From assembly GCA_028023455.1 (NCBI GenBank), contig JAQFVV010000009.1, positions 14,880,001-14,944,000 on the forward strand: a DNA stretch of 64,000 bases, written 5' to 3'. A model generated the notes under the pieces. It did not search any database. It was not told the origin of the DNA and was given only the letters and a program-made list of their open reading frames with translations. Below, piece by piece: positions 12,136 to 27,774 of this stretch. The position numbers and the translations under genes are program-made. How positions within the stretch are numbered: the first letter of the stretch is position 1; each line of letters opens with the position of its first letter. The DNA is from Epiperipatus broadwayi (taxonomy: Eukaryota; Animalia; Onychophora).

Positions 12136-15100
12136 AAAGGCAACAGATAGTAGAAATTTTTATATATTTATATATAGGAGTAGGTTCAAATCCTCCCAAG
12201 TCCTTCAATTTTTTTTAAATATTTCTATCACAATTTATTAAAACTATTAAAGGATTGTTAAGTGTTTAAAATTATTTCATTGTAGTTTATGTGCTATCAC
12301 ATATATATCAGTATTATTTTTATAAGACAAACCAATTTAAATTTGTTAATATCAAGTGGTATTATAGAATATGAAACTGGAATATCATCTTTGCAGATAA
12401 TGAATTATAAATAAAAGTTTTAGCTAGATCAAAAATAGTAATAAAAAAATAACTACAAACAGTACTAAACATAAACACTATAACATGCTACCAATAAAAA
12501 AAAATAGTCCACTTTAATCAAACTTAAGGACTTAATCTTTCTTGAAACCTAGAGTTTTTATAAAATTCCATATGGAATTTGTGAAATTTCTTTTAAGTAA
12601 TCATGAAAAGAGGAAAGATAAACATTCTAATGAAATAAAACAATACTCTCCTACCATGTTATGAATACTGATCACAATAAAGATTTTTCTAAGACCAGGA
12701 TCCTATCCAGATATGATATTCATCAATAAAAAATTTAAAAAATCACCCAGATTCTTAAAAGAACTGACTAACAACAAATGTGGTATTAGTTATTTTCTAT
12801 TTGAAAAAATTTATTAAAGTCAGTAATCAAATCAAATGCTAATTTTATATCACATAATCAGATAATTAAATATAATTTTATCTGCAGATGTCAACTTCCT
12901 GCATTCATATTTTTGACACTATCCATTTTAGAACAATACATTAATGATTATTACTTATTATTTATTAAAGCAGAGATTATCATATCATACCTAATTCAGA
13001 TTTAAATTCTAAACTTCATTAAACTTTAATATATCTATTTTTTATTATTATACATAACCATATGATATCATTGCATTATTAATGAATTATGTGTTAGATC
13101 ATTAATTTTTTATTACTAATTAATTAATTTGCAATAATTACTACCAAGATGTCATGCCCACATTAAAATTTAAATGCTGTAATTTCATCATATTATTTAA
13201 ATTGAATAAATGTTCTTAATATATTCCTATGTATTAATCTACACCTCTATCTTACTTAGCACTTGGTCTTTTTGTGAGGATTCACAATATTAGTCATCAC
13301 CAATTTTTACCCACTACTTTTGATTTATCATTGATTATTCACTATAATGTAAAAAAAAAAAATAATTTCCAGTGGCCATTTTGTAACCTTGATGACATCA
13401 TAAAATAGCTATTAAAGTCATCTCATCCAAAATCAAAATAGTGGCTTTCATTCTGAAATTATATGACACATATTTTATTCACAAAACACAATGTTATAGT
13501 GCTGCATTCAACATATTGATTATAAGCTTAAAATATGATTAATGAATGTATATTGTTTTATTTAATTTTCATATCAGTGTTTTTATGAGATAATTAGAAC
13601 TTTATTAATAACATATTCAAAGTAAAGATTTTCATTATCAATGACTACAAAAACAAAAAAATAAAGTTTTACTCATTACACAAATGTAAATCAACCCAGT
13701 ACTGTAAAAATAGCAAATTCGTTCAGCATAAAATTAAAAATATACAGTACATGTATTAGCTAAAATATTCAGTCTGTTAATTCTAAATTAAATTTTTTCT
13801 GTCAACTGAAACTGCTACCATTGCTAATCTAAAATATTTTCAGTAAAAAAAAGAGGGAGAAAAGAGGATAAAACATTTCAAATTTATAAAATTAATATTA
13901 AAAATTACTAAATGTAATTACTCTGCTTCCTCGATTATAAATCATCTTGTAATTTTTTTTAGATATCCAAAGCAATGGAAACATTATCTCATAAGTAAAA
14001 AAAATGCAGCACTAAGAAAAAAATACAAATTTTATTCAGCATAAAACTAAAAATAATTTTTGGCCATATGTATTATCAATATTAAATTTTAAATTGTGTG
14101 CAGTATAAATATTAACTACGATTTTAGACAATCAATTTTGGATTAAAATTTTTATGAATGTTAATTTCAATCAAACCAAAACTGCTATTCATTGTGATTT
14201 GCATTTTTGGGGTGGAAATGTGAGGATGATTTTATGCAATTAATAATAAATTGTGTATAATGAAAATGCAATACAAATAAAGTGAATAAGATTAATGCCT
14301 TTAATTTTTACTTAAATAGCCATAACTCTGCCATCAAAACATTGTTCTATTTGACAAATTGCTAAGTCATTACAAAAATATGGCTTCCACACTTGATAAA
14401 ATAGTGATATGTCATGCTCAAAAAAACCTGCTATAGCTATCATATCTTTATTTAGATCAACACATTACACATTATGACAAAGCCTTAAATATTGACTACA
14501 AGATTCAAACTGGAATGCCTTAGATTTCTTCCTATTTTTAATATGCTCAATTTTTTTTAAGTTGACTGATTAAGTTTTTGTAATGTATCAGATATTTATT
14601 TGGCTCTTGTTATACTAATGATGTTATTAAACATTCTTTTTTTATTTTTAATAATTTCACTTAAGTGATATAGTACATATAATACTGTAGAACAAATTTA
14701 AAAAGAATGAAACTTCAGTATGGATTTTTTTTCAGCATAATGAAAGCAGAAGAACAAATTGTTAAATGCTAGTTTAGTTTTACCTTCTCAGTTTTTTTCC
14801 TGTACTTTTTGGATAGTGAAAACATGCATTTTTTTCTAACAATATTGACCACAAAAAAAAATGAAGAAAATCTTTGAGCTTGTAAATCAAGCTGGGTAAC
14901 AATGATTGGTAAATGGATCACAGGAAGTAAGGAACTTTAAACTAAGTGGGTTTTTTTACATAGATTTAAGTTGCATTATCATATATACATAAATACATAT
15001 TTTAAGTGAATACCTGTATAATACACACAGCACAGTCTACATAAGCATATAACATACATTAAGGATTTAAAATTTTTTTATGTATACTGGATAAGTTATT

Positions 15101-15247
15101 TTTTTAATGTAATATTCTCAACTTATAGTGTAACTTTTTAGTTGGAATAATCAGATTATTTTTTTACCATGGACAAACATTATAAATGCTTATTCTGTGT
15201 ACAATGAGTTTTGGGGAGCAATTGCCTTCACTAAGTGGGGTAAAGAT

Positions 15248-16632
15248 CTTATTTTGCAAAAATCAAACTAGTTCAAATTTAGTTCATGTAGCTTTAATTT
15301 CATACCATGCTTCTTTCCTTCAGCAGTGATTGTGGTCTAGACAGCTGCAATTTTTTTTCATCTTCAAATTAACACTTTTTTTTATTGGCTTTTTTTTTTG
15401 GCTTTTTTTTTAAAAATTAACATTATAAAATTTGTTATAAATAAAGGCAGCAATAATAAGTATCACATTTATTTCATTGAATCACTGTTTATAAATGAAA
15501 ACAATCACAAAGTTATCAACTGAATCTGGTTATAACTTTATTTCATTTCCTGGCTATAGTTTTTTTTTCTCTCATGTGTCATAGCATCAGCCAGAAAGCG
15601 AACCTGCTAACCCAGGACAACTGCTTGTAAAGCAGCTGTCTCTGACCTCTTGACCACCAATGCTTGACTAATAGTTAGTTTTTAATTTTTTTAATACAAA
15701 AATGCTCATAATAAAAAAAGTCAAATTTGAAATTATATTTATTATACAATATATCTTAATACTGGTTTGAGATATATAATCTATATGTTATTATACCATG
15801 TTGTAGTCATTCAGGTTAATAAAAATATTAATTATCACTTTACATTATCATAGTCAATTTAATTAATACTAGATTAGATATTTGTGAGTCTTTATTTTTA
15901 TTCACATATAATCAAGGAGATATTGATCTAAAACTAGTTCTGAATAATACAGAATTAAGATATAGATGTGTGGACCTCTAAATAATTTTTTCAAGAATTA
16001 TTTAGCTGACACTAAGGTACTAATAGTCACCTTAAGATCTACTTATTTTAGTTTCTGTTTTATGATGATGATTACTAATTTATGTATAGCCAGTACAAGA
16101 TCTCCTTGGCTATATGTGAACAAGAATGAAGATCCATAAATATCTAATCCAGTATTAAATAAATTTACTGTGATATTTTAAAATAATAATTAATAAGTTT
16201 TTTAACCTGAATAGCTACACATATAGACTACAACTTGGTATATCATACCAGTATTTAGGATATGTATTTGTTTATATAAATATAATTTCAAATTTGATTT
16301 TTTTTATTATGTGCATTTTTGTATTAAAAAATTAAAAAATATAGGCAGAAAATGAATTGTTTAACTGGATTCAGTTGATAACTTTATGATTGCTTTTGTT
16401 TATAAACAGTGATTTTAATGAAATAAATGTGATACTTATTGATACCAATACTTACCCCAAATTTTATAATGTTCATTTTTAAAAGTAACAAAAAAACAAA
16501 CAAACGTTCATTTGAAAAAGATGAAAAAAATTATAAACATCTAGATCACAATCATTGCTGAATGAGAAAAAGGAGGTATGAATTTAAAGCTACATGAGCT
16601 AAATTCGAGCTAGTTTGAGTTTTGAAAAATAG
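15248..16632. mobile_element. Foldback / non-autonomous DNA transposon with ~300-bp diverged inverted arms
   Basis: 15248-15558 is the reverse complement of 16341-16632 (shared blocks such as caaactag.tc.aatttag.tcatgtagctttaa.ttcatacc and aataagtatcacatttatttcatt..atcactgtttataaa). Confidence 0.8.
15592..15672 (-). repeat. tRNA-like SINE head remnant
   Basis: Minus strand tggtggtcaagaggtcagagacagctgctttacaagcagttgtcctgggttagcaggttcg has A/B-box-like spacing. Confidence 0.4.
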
Positions 16633-18379
16633 ATACATACTTAGGAATGTACTAAAAGAAACACTTGTTCAATTTAAATAATATGATGAAATTAAAGCAT
16701 TTAAATTTTGATGTGGGTATCAATATATTGATAGTAATCATTGTAGATTAATTAATTAGTAATAAAAAATTAAAGATCTAACAAAATTCATTAATAATGC
16801 AAATAAATTACAATTTGCTTTGATTTACACATAGATGTTAATAATTACATTATATCAAAAATAAAATAATGCATGTGTAGTGAACCATAATATTATACCA
16901 ATGTTTAAGATAATATTATACTAATGTTTAAGCTGAATCACACATGCCAATATCTCGGTAAAGAACAATATTTTAAAATTATTATAAAGGCACTGAGCAA
17001 CACATGAAACAAGATTAAATGTTCATCTAATACAAAATTTTAAAAAAATTCAAAATGTGGAAAGGAAGGGGTGACAGACATGTGCTTTATGAATTTGATG
17101 TGAAAAGAGAAGAATTGTTAAAAAATTACAAATAGAAATAAGATGTTAAAAAGAAGCTGCAGAGAGAAATGAAGCAAATAATGATAGAATTATTAACTGA
17201 TATATAAAGTCAAATTGCACTAACAAAGATTTTACAAAAAAATAAAAATGAGCAGAGAAGACATAAAAAGGAACCTTAGAACAGAATTACAGAGACACTG
17301 ATAGTACATGTATGATAAGATAAAAAAAATATTTGACAAAGAAAACAATTGTTAATAAAAGATAATGAGCTGAAATTTTGACTTTTAATGAAATTAATCC
17401 TTAGATATCATTTTTAAGTTCAAACATAACCAAAGAAATCTTGCTAAAGATAAATAAGACATTTGTTCTGAAAAGTCTGATGAAGTTTAGAAAGTGAATT
17501 TATAAAAAAAAATAGGAATGGATTATCTTCAATTAAGGCTATAATATGTAGTAAATAGTAATTATTAACAATACAAAAAATTTGAGAACTAAACATTATG
17601 TTGCTTTCAATGCTAAGACAGTTCTTAAAATAATGGGTGTAGCATTTCTGTTTGTTTAAGTAGTGGTATAATGCAGACACATTAAAAAAAAGTCATGTTG
17701 TAAAGTTTATAATGTTTATGGAAATGAAATTATTGATTTAATAGATAATTAATAGATAACTGTTTAAGTGAACAGCATTTGAGTATCTGATTAAATTATA
17801 CTGACAATTTAAAGTTAAAATAAAAATCAAGTAGCTTACTTGTATATAATATGAATTCTAGAAGAAGAAAAAAACAAGAATAATTAATAATGGACAAGTA
17901 AAAAATGCTGGGAAAAAATTAAATAATATTATTTCATATTTTTATTTAAACACTTAATGTTATCAGAACTATTTTAAAACATTTATTCAAACCATAATGA
18001 CAGAAAAATATATAACATTTTTATATATTGAAAATAGTAGAATCAGTAATGATGAAAAACTTACAAAATTCTATATATATAAAATGCAGTTTATTCATTT
18101 GTTTCTTTACTTGTTTTTGTTAACAATATTATGAATGAGGTAGGTAAGTTACTAAGCATACACTCATAAACCTTTCTTTTGAATAGTGAAAATTGTAGAA
18201 AATTGGGTATGTTCCAAATAAATTTGATTCTAAGTTTTTTATGTTGATCTTTTATATGGACATAGATTATTATTTACATAGTACTTCCCCAAAGAATCTA
18301 TGTTACTGAAGTAAAACATCAGATATATTTTTCTTGTCTAATAATGTTTTTTTTTTTTAAGTTTCTTTTCTGAGAGCAA

Positions 18380-18770
18380 ATGGAAATATTTAGAAGAACT
18401 TAGTTCCTGTTTGGAAATAATACAATTTTTCTGGAATGGATGTCAGACAAAGTGAATAGGAAGATTTTTTTATATACACTGCTTGTGGAAGCAATTGAGA
18501 AACTTTGGCCCCAATTAAACAAGAATGATATACTATTTTATATGATGTTAAATTCTGAAACTTTTCATGAAATAGTACCATTGTTTGAGTTGTGGCTATT
18601 TAACCATTAGAATTTGTTGATAATAAAACAAAGGAGACCTTTTTGGTCTGATCACTGTTATATAGATTTCAAAAATTTGAAAGAATTATTTAAGAAAAAA
18701 ATTGAATGGTTACCTCACAGAAGACATCATTACAAATATACTGTTGTCATGGCAAATAATATTAAATAAA
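18380..18770 (+). pseudogene. Possible degraded APE endonuclease fragment of a non-LTR retrotransposon
   Basis: Broken frames give IGRFFY (cf. SRLDRFY) and TFWSDHCYIDF (cf. the terminal SDH motif). Confidence 0.35.
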
Positions 18771-20890
18771 AGAGAAAAATATGTACATGTAATAATAATT
18801 TTTATTTGTTTTGAAGATAAGGGAAGTGAAACCATAAGTTTCATGTCATGTTGATGATGAACAATGCAACAACTTATGAATATCTAATCCCAGTATGATT
18901 TTAGGTTTCATTTTAATTCATATTTTTAATTAGAAAATAAATTAGGAATCTATTTTCAATAACTGAGAATGTTAAAATGGAAACAAAAAATGAGTCTATT
19001 TTATTAGTCAAAATTTCATTTTTTATTTTTATTTATTCATGTTTATTTATACTATTTGTTTGTTTCTTTTTTTAAAAAAAAAAATCATGCCCCCTCCCCC
19101 CTAATTTTGCTATAGAAGAATTAACTTTGTTTGTAAGATTAAAAATAATAATAATAATCAATGTTATTATTTTAAGCTTTCTATATAACTTGCTCCTTAA
19201 AGAGTAAAAAACAGACTTCGAGATTATCAGAAAATAAAAATAAAAAATATCTGATTGTTTTTATAAGTAAATCTCAAATAGATTTAGCCAGTTGGTCAGT
19301 AAGTATTCAGATAAACAATAAAAAATAATAGGGCTTGTTATATAATACTAGAAGAGGAAAATCTAGACAGAGCATCAACAAAGTAATAATAAATTTTATC
19401 ATATGTTGGCCGAAATTTGAGTTTTATCAACTATCTGAATATCAGTTTGTATATTTAGCCATCTTAAAAATTAGAAAGTATTATTATATCATCAAAGAAT
19501 TTTTCTTTAAATCTCAAAATGGCTTGTAGAACTGTAAGTTTAGTAATATATGATTTGCATTGTCTTGAATTATAACTATGATAGTCTTCACTATATTTAG
19601 ATAACTTGATAAAATTTTATAACCAAAAAAAAAAAAAAAAGGTAAAAAAAAGGCACTTTTATAATGAAATCAAAAACCTGCATCTGCAATAGGTTTTTTG
19701 ACTTTACATTTTCGATGACCACAATTATTAGTGGTTTATATTTCATTAAAACTCTGCTGAAATATGTAATTTAATGTTGTCAATATTTTTGTTAATTTAT
19801 TTAAAGATGATATTATTTTATCAAGTAATATTTATATAATTATATAGTAATTTGTATATAGACATGTGGATCATAGTAGAATTTCAATTATTAAAGTATC
19901 ATTTAAATATTTTTAAAATCAAGTTCTATTAAGCTTAATTTTTCAAAATTATAATTGAGAGCATATGTATGTGATTATAATGAGATTCTGATAAAAGTGT
20001 CTTTTTTATCTTTTGATCAAATGCATATCTGGGATTATTTCTTTTGTTTAATATATATAAATTTATATTATTATAATTATGTACATTTAACTCTAAATAG
20101 TTATAGCTTAATTATCTGAAATCGAAACAGAAGTGACTGCAACTCTTAATGTTACTCATGCATCAATAAATTATAAAAAGAATAGAATATCTTTTATTTT
20201 TTTAGCCTTGATGCTATTTATGTATTAATTTATTGATATTGTTATAAATTAGAGAGTAAAATCTGTATATTAATTTTATTTAAGTGCAGCATAAATAATC
20301 TGATATCATTATTACATATTCAGGAGATCAAGGTAGTATCTTATTTTTAATAACTCCTAATACCAAATGAAACATCAGGCTTCACTCTCTGATTTATAAC
20401 ACTTACAGAGCATTAAATCTGAAAGAATATATGGCATCATTCTATTCTTTTCATAATTTGTTAACATTTGATTATTAGCTTATACATAGCTTGTTGGTAG
20501 TTGCAAGTACTTCTATTTCAATTATATATTTTTGCGAATAATCAATTCATATATCAAGTATTATTATTAATATTCTGTTAATTAAATCTTGTTTTTGTGC
20601 ACTATTTTTTACTCAACATTCCACATTCTCATTGTTCCCCAAAAAGTTTGCATTGAAATATTATGAGAGGGAGAAATGTACACAAATGGTTACTAGCTTA
20701 CAGTTCCAGTAAGCATGTTGCTGTTGTGTCCATTAAAATAAACCAATTATACTATTTTATGAAATAAATATAAAAAGTGGTTTAATGTGAGGACACCATT
20801 AATTTTACCATAGTTATATATAAAAGTCTGAGTTCAAATCCTTTCTAATTACATTAAGTTCAATATAGACAATATATCCATTTAAATATT

Positions 20891-20909
20891 AGAGAGAGAG
20901 AGAGAGAGT

Positions 20910-20942
<33 letters not shown>

Positions 20943-20962
20943 TAGAGAGAGAAGAGAGAGAA
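20891..20962. repeat. (GA)n microsatellite, imperfect
   Basis: Seen directly. Confidence 0.95.
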
Positions 20963-23900
20963 ACAATAAACAATAACTCTGGCTTGCACTGAGTGGCAAT
21001 ATGTATAGAGAGTTTTGCCTGTTTTAATATATATAGAGAGAGACAGACAAAGACATTTTTTAGTATATAATTGGTAACCCAATTTCAATGTGAGTTACCA
21101 TAATCTAAATACCTACTTATTTTTTTTACAACATACATGGAAGACATTTTGATACAATAGTGCATTTGTCACATAAAACTTCTTTTTTTATGGTTCAGAT
21201 TTTTTACTTCTCTAAACATAAAATGGATTCTTTTTTTGTGTGAATGTGATATGTGTTACATTGTGCCATGGACAGAGTTTTTTAAAATGAATAAAGTAAT
21301 ATCAGTCAAATCATGTTCTTTATGATACAGATTATTGATAGCTCATAAAGCAAAAATCAGAATCATTATCTCAGTAATCTATTTTGCATACAACTAAGCT
21401 ATGAGATTCTGTTTTATTTTAATATTATAAAGATTTACTAAAGTTTATTTTATTGCTCTAAACTATATAATTTATATGCAGATCATAGCAGCAGCTGGTT
21501 AAATGTCATTATATTTTTACATTTTATAATTTTAGAAGCATTTTTAAATAACATGTTTTAATTAAATATATTTAGATCAGTATATAAACTATATTATCCC
21601 CCCCCCCATCTTTAGTCTCTAAATAATGGATTTTGGATATAATGAACATGGATGACTTCAATTATTTATATTATGTTTCTGTATAAAATACTATTGTTGC
21701 AATTTTATAAGTATTAACTTAATAATGAAATTGCTTCAATTTTTTATAAAAAGTTAACTATGATTATTTTTTGTATCATTACTTTGGAGTTCAAGTGACA
21801 TTAGAGTATTAAGTGTTGAATATAACACAACACTTACGTTTATTTATCCAGATTTGAAGTTTTTATCTCTTTTTCGTCTCAATCTCCACAATTAGGAATT
21901 GATTTAGGGATATTTAATTTCTAAAAGGAGATATATTTATTTTCTTATCCATAATTGCAATGCATATTTTTTAATATTAGTCACGATTTTCTTCCTATTA
22001 AATATTATAAGAAAATTAGACCTCATTTACTACTTACTCAAGAAATTGTTTCAAAATCTAATGTAAGCTCAAATATATATATTATTTTTAGCCAAAAAAA
22101 ATTTTCTTACTGTGAAAAAATATAATATAAGAAAAATATTCTGTGAGATTCCAAAAAATTTTTTTTCATATGCAATAAAAATTCTGTAGAATTTAATTTT
22201 TTTTGGATGTTATTAGAGTCTTATTAATAAGTTAATAGATATCCATCCATAATTGTTGTGCTCATCTTTTTAGAAATAGATTAACTGCTTGATTTATTTA
22301 ATTGTGGTCAAATATTAATTTATAATAACATAGTTAATGATTATTCACTCATTAACTGGTAAAAATGTAAAACTTAATAAAGTCATTAATAAATCTTCCT
22401 TCTAGTTCAACATCAAAAATTCCTTTATGGGTTTATGAATTAAATTTGGGAGTTGATTATATATGCTGTTACGTTATTGAAAGAAATTTTAAAATAATTT
22501 ACTGTTTGAATGGCAGATAATATATATATAGTGCGATTTAATTAAAAAGATAATATTAGTAATAATAAAGCTACTTGCTGTTAAATGTTTATTAGGCGTA
22601 TCATTTCTTTTTTAGCATCAAACTATATCTCCTCTAAAGACTTTAAAACCATTAATAATAAAAGTATTTTAACCTAGAACAAACATCTTATAATTTGAAC
22701 ACATTTTACAATAATTGACTTTTAATCTATTTGAGGAATAATTATTTTCAGAGTACTAATTTAGTTTAAAGGTGACAGATGATTTTATTTTATATTAAGA
22801 GTGGTAGATCAAATTAATCTGATTCTTCTGCAATTTTTAACACTTTTTAAACAACTTTCATAAATAGAACTTATTATCTCATGTCATCTTATGATTTACA
22901 CTTTTTAATTTTAATAAAAAGTTCCCTGGAATAATGCAGCTCCATTTACTTAATAATACTAAAGGCATTAGCAAAATTAAATTACAGTTTATATTCTAAT
23001 AATATGAAAAAAACTATTTTTTAAAAAAAAGTTACATGTAGTTGATTTATTTAAAATTTGATATATATTATCTTTAAAATTTATACTTCATTTAGATATG
23101 CTTTTAAATATAAAATAAAATTATTTATCAACTTCTACCAAAATTTTTAAAAATTATATTGTTGGATTTTTAAAAAAAATATTATACTCTTGAGAGATTT
23201 TAAAATATAAAAAGATGTAAAAAAGAGCTGAAAATATTTTGCAAAAATCGTTATTCTTATTGAAAGCTTAATATCAAAATATATCTTTTATAATTCTTAA
23301 TGATAAAATGAAAGTCACTTATGTCATTACGTAATTTAAAAAGCAATTTATAAAAGAACCTTTAATTTATAATGGAACTTGTATATCATTTGTAATGTTG
23401 TAGTTCATCTTTCTATCCAATATTAGCACTCTGTGTAATTCTATTTTAGAGGCCTTTGTACTGGCCATTAGAGAGTAAAAACTTTTTTTTTATCTACTCC
23501 ACATCCCATAAAAAGTTTGTAAAGTTAGTAGTTAAACTGACCTAGTAATTGATCTGTCTAGTTAGAAAAACAGGTTTGCTTGGACTCAAAATTTTAGAGT
23601 ATTGAAATTTTCACATTATTAGATTAAATAACACAATAGAAATAAAGTTGGCTGTGGATAGATATAGAAATTTAGTTCTTCTCATTAACAAAATTCAATA
23701 GCTTGAAAATAGTTTAGAAATCTAACTTGCAGATATGAAGAATCATGTTAGGTTTTGTTTAGCATATGCCACCATTTTATGCAAAGGGGGGGGGGGGTAT
23801 CTCATATAGCATATAACTGAAATTACTATTGACTTTATTCCAGATCTAAATCATTAAGTTGAATAGCATAATATGAATGGAAGATGATTGCTTAAATAGA

Positions 23901-26479
23901 TAAATATAATACAGATCTCCTTCCTCATGAAGCCCAAAATTAGTCTGCAAACTTGTCACTACTATCTGTGTTTATTGGATTATTATGCTTACATAAATGG
24001 GTTAAAAATAGAGTGCTATAGAGATAGTATTAATTTAGATGTTAAATGTAAACTAGCAAAGTCATGTTATGATTTTTTGGTTTAGATGTATTATTTATAA
24101 ACATTATTTTTCTAAAGACATAGATTAATGTATTTTATTAATTTTATGTAGAAACCTTATCTCAGTTGGAAATAACATATCATCCCTCCTCTCTATATTG
24201 GTCAACAACTAAACTCTGCTGGGTATGCCTAGAATCAGAAAATTCTTGAAAGTATTTCATTTTCATCTTAAGATATTTTTTGTAGATAAGTTTTGTCTTG
24301 CTTATTGATACCTGTGTTATGTAATATTCTAAAGCTTCTTTATAACTTGAGAGCTTTAGTTTGATTTAAATAGATGGTTTATTCTAATCTCAGAAGAATT
24401 GCTTTCTTCTGCAACTTAACTGCAATCGTTTGAAAATATTTCTATAATTTACATGCTAATAACCATTCATGATGTATGTAAGTAGTTACCTAATCCTGCA
24501 TATTAAAGAAGAATAGAACACAATGAATGAAACAGTTTTTAGTCCCACTATTATTTGTATACCTGTATTTAGAAATGTATTACCTCTCATCTAACAAAAT
24601 TTTAATTTTACTTGTAAAATTGCAATTATATGAAATAGAAAATTGTCATTTTAGATGCATTTTTAAAATTAGTAGTAATTAACTGCAGTTTTAACGATTT
24701 GTTATTATGAGGAGGCTTTTATTTTATTCATAAATAATTTAATATATATGCAAGTAATTCTTATAAGAAAATGAAACATTACATATCACTAACTAAAAAC
24801 TATATAAAATATTTGAAACAACCCATAGCTGTATTATTCCATCCACACTTCCTTTTTAGATAAATAAAGCTCAATTTTCTTTATTTAAAAGGGGAATGTG
24901 GTTGAAATAATATAGCTATGAAGCATTCCAAATATTTTATAAGTAATTCTTATGTAGCATTGTTCACTATAATACTGTTGTTAAATTGTGATAATCATTG
25001 AACAATAATTTATGCATGGTTATAGAATTGCATGATATGAAATTTTGGATAATTTATACAGACTAGATTGCTATTAAACGATTATTTTTTAGAATAAATT
25101 GTCTAGAGTTAATGTGGTATGTGAGTACCAAAATAACATGTGATAACTATAGTTTTAATTAAATGACCAAATTTCTATTTCCTTTTTGCTGTCTTCATTT
25201 GAATTCAATTTATGCACTAGGGTACTCCCATTGTTAGAGTGCCTTACTATTGGATAATCATTAGATTACATAGAATTAGAATTGTTTGTTGAAATCATAC
25301 TTGTTTGTATTCATCAAATTGTGTCTTTAAAATATATAGTCTATAACTGAAAAAGACTCATCAAAATCAAAAGTATGCTACAGCACTAAAAATTTATCCT
25401 TTAGTTTGTTTAGCAACTATAAAAAGATGGCATTAATTATAAAAGGAACTAAAAATAACTTTTGTATTACTTCTTATTTCCTTATAATATGGTTTCAGGC
25501 TTATAGCATTTTATAGAAAGCTACCTAGAGCATTATGTATAATAAAAGTACATACATTGATTAAACAGTTGACATATAGCAATAAGTTTTAAAAGCTACT
25601 CCAGTGATGTTTTGAAATTACAATTAAAATGTGCTATTTAAATTAAATTATTTAATAATTAAGTATATTATTTAAAATATATATTGAATTTCATTTTATT
25701 TTGTAATATTTTTGATAATATTTTTATATTAAAATGTGGGTGTAAAAAAAGTGGATACTTGCCTAATTTAGAAGTTATTTTTTATATATCATGAAATTAA
25801 TTTATTAGAATACATAACAATTGCATTATAATTTTCATTATAAAAAACTTGTTTTTCATTTTAGAGATATGAAAGAAAGTCAAAAAAATACAAATAGTTA
25901 CGCCAAAGAAGTTGTGTGACATTTGATCATCGGTAATGACAGATTAAGTTTCAATACAAGAATCTTTACTTGTTGGATCTGTCACTCTACCACTACAGAC
26001 CCACAGAAAAAAGTGATTGAAATTTATGGTTTAAAAATCATGTGACATTTGAGCTTCAATCTAAGATATTTAAACTCTGAATTTTTCATTTTGCCATTAC
26101 TCTAAATTACATAGGGTGTTTTTTGTGTATGGATGTGCATTCTAAAAATGTGTATTATTTTTTATTCCCAATTATGATCACCAAGATGAAAATATTGCTT
26201 CTGCATTTTAATAATCCTAGGAATTACTATGTTCTAAATAAATAAATAGTCAAATGCTTTATTGCTGGAAAGTTCATATAAAAAAAATTCAAGCTTCAAA
26301 AATGATAACGTTAAAGCTATAATTCAGACACTTGAATTTTAGAATCTGCCATTCTATTATTGCAAGAAATTAGGAAACATCATCTATGAATAAAAACTAT
26401 CACATTTTCATAAGTATAAACAGGATTCTATTTTCAATAAAAACATGCATAATGTTTTATTGAAATACCAATTGAGTAC

Positions 26480-26910
26480 ATTTCTAAATTCCTTTATAAA
26501 ATCACATGCAGTGCCCCATCCTATAATTCTGTATATTACAGTAAAGGTCAAGCAAATTGATTCACAACAATTGTTTAGCATTCTTACTTGTACAGCAGAG
26601 CCAAACAATAACACAATCTTGCTGGATCATGAACTCACTACAGGCCACACTTTCACTCCCACCAATGTGACAATAATCTGTGCTGAAAGAGATGTCAGAA
26701 AAAGAAAACAGAAAGAGGCTTGGACAATTCCAAAGGTTTCACATTCTATCAACAGAAAGAATTCATGTGTTTCTTTGTTGAGAAACTGGAACATTCAAAT
26801 ACTGCAATTACATATTAAGCCTCATTTATCTATCATCCATGTATAGACATAGCTAAACTTTAAACAGCACTATGATTCTGGAAGTAATCTGTCAAAAGCT
26901 TGCTCAGTCC
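26480..26910 (+). pseudogene. Degraded Penelope-like GIY-YIG endonuclease 3' end
   Basis: ORF 26445..26846 contains LDHELTTGHTFTPTNVTIICAERDVRKRKQKEAWTI...INR (PLE pattern H...TGH.F....V.IL..E.....R...EA..I). A downstream caaaagcttg (~26893) resembles a decayed hammerhead GAAA-AGCT-T end. Confidence 0.7.
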
Positions 26911-27774
26911 ATTATAAAACTTTTGAACATTATTTATTATATTTTCATATTAACTGGATTATAATGAGTTTCTAAGAGAAGTAAACATTTAGAATTTCTT
27001 AATAATAAATTTAAAAAAATTACTGCTAAATTTAATAAGTAATAATAGTATTGCTATAATAGCTAACTATTTCTACATCATTTGAATTTATTCTTATTCT
27101 TCACAATAAATTATTCAGTTGAAAATATTGTCAATCTATCTAGCCTATCTTCATTTAATTTCTTATACAGAAATAAATGTATATCTCATTTAATTTGTTG
27201 AGTCTCTGATATTTTTTATTGTTCTATTTGTGTTGTTTATAATAATTTTTATAAAACATCACTATTATATATTGCATTTTTTTAAAAATGTTAAGCCACT
27301 GGTCAATTATTAGAATGTCATCTTTTTTTTTTTTTATTTGTTAACCAATTTGAATCCTCTTGATTCTATTTTCTTTTATTTTTCCTAAAAAACCTTTCAA
27401 ATCAATTGACATTCAAAATTCATAGTTCTTAGAAGCCACTTTTTCAATTATTAACTGACGTTAACATTGCTTAATTTTAATGATTCAATGAAAACTTGTA
27501 TTTTGATTACATGGCAGTAGAGGTATACTCTACTATTATTTTCTATTTGAAACTACAGAATATTACATTCAAAATAAAAAATTGATAGTGTATGTTATTC
27601 AAAGATAGGATAGATATATAAAAACATTAGATTGTCAAATGATATATGATACAATGGTGATTAAAATATAACTTTATAGCAAAATTAATCTCCAATTTTT
27701 TTCAGGGTCTCTGACATTTGAATCATCCTGAATTTATATATTCTACCTAATAATTTGTAATTAAAATCTGTATA

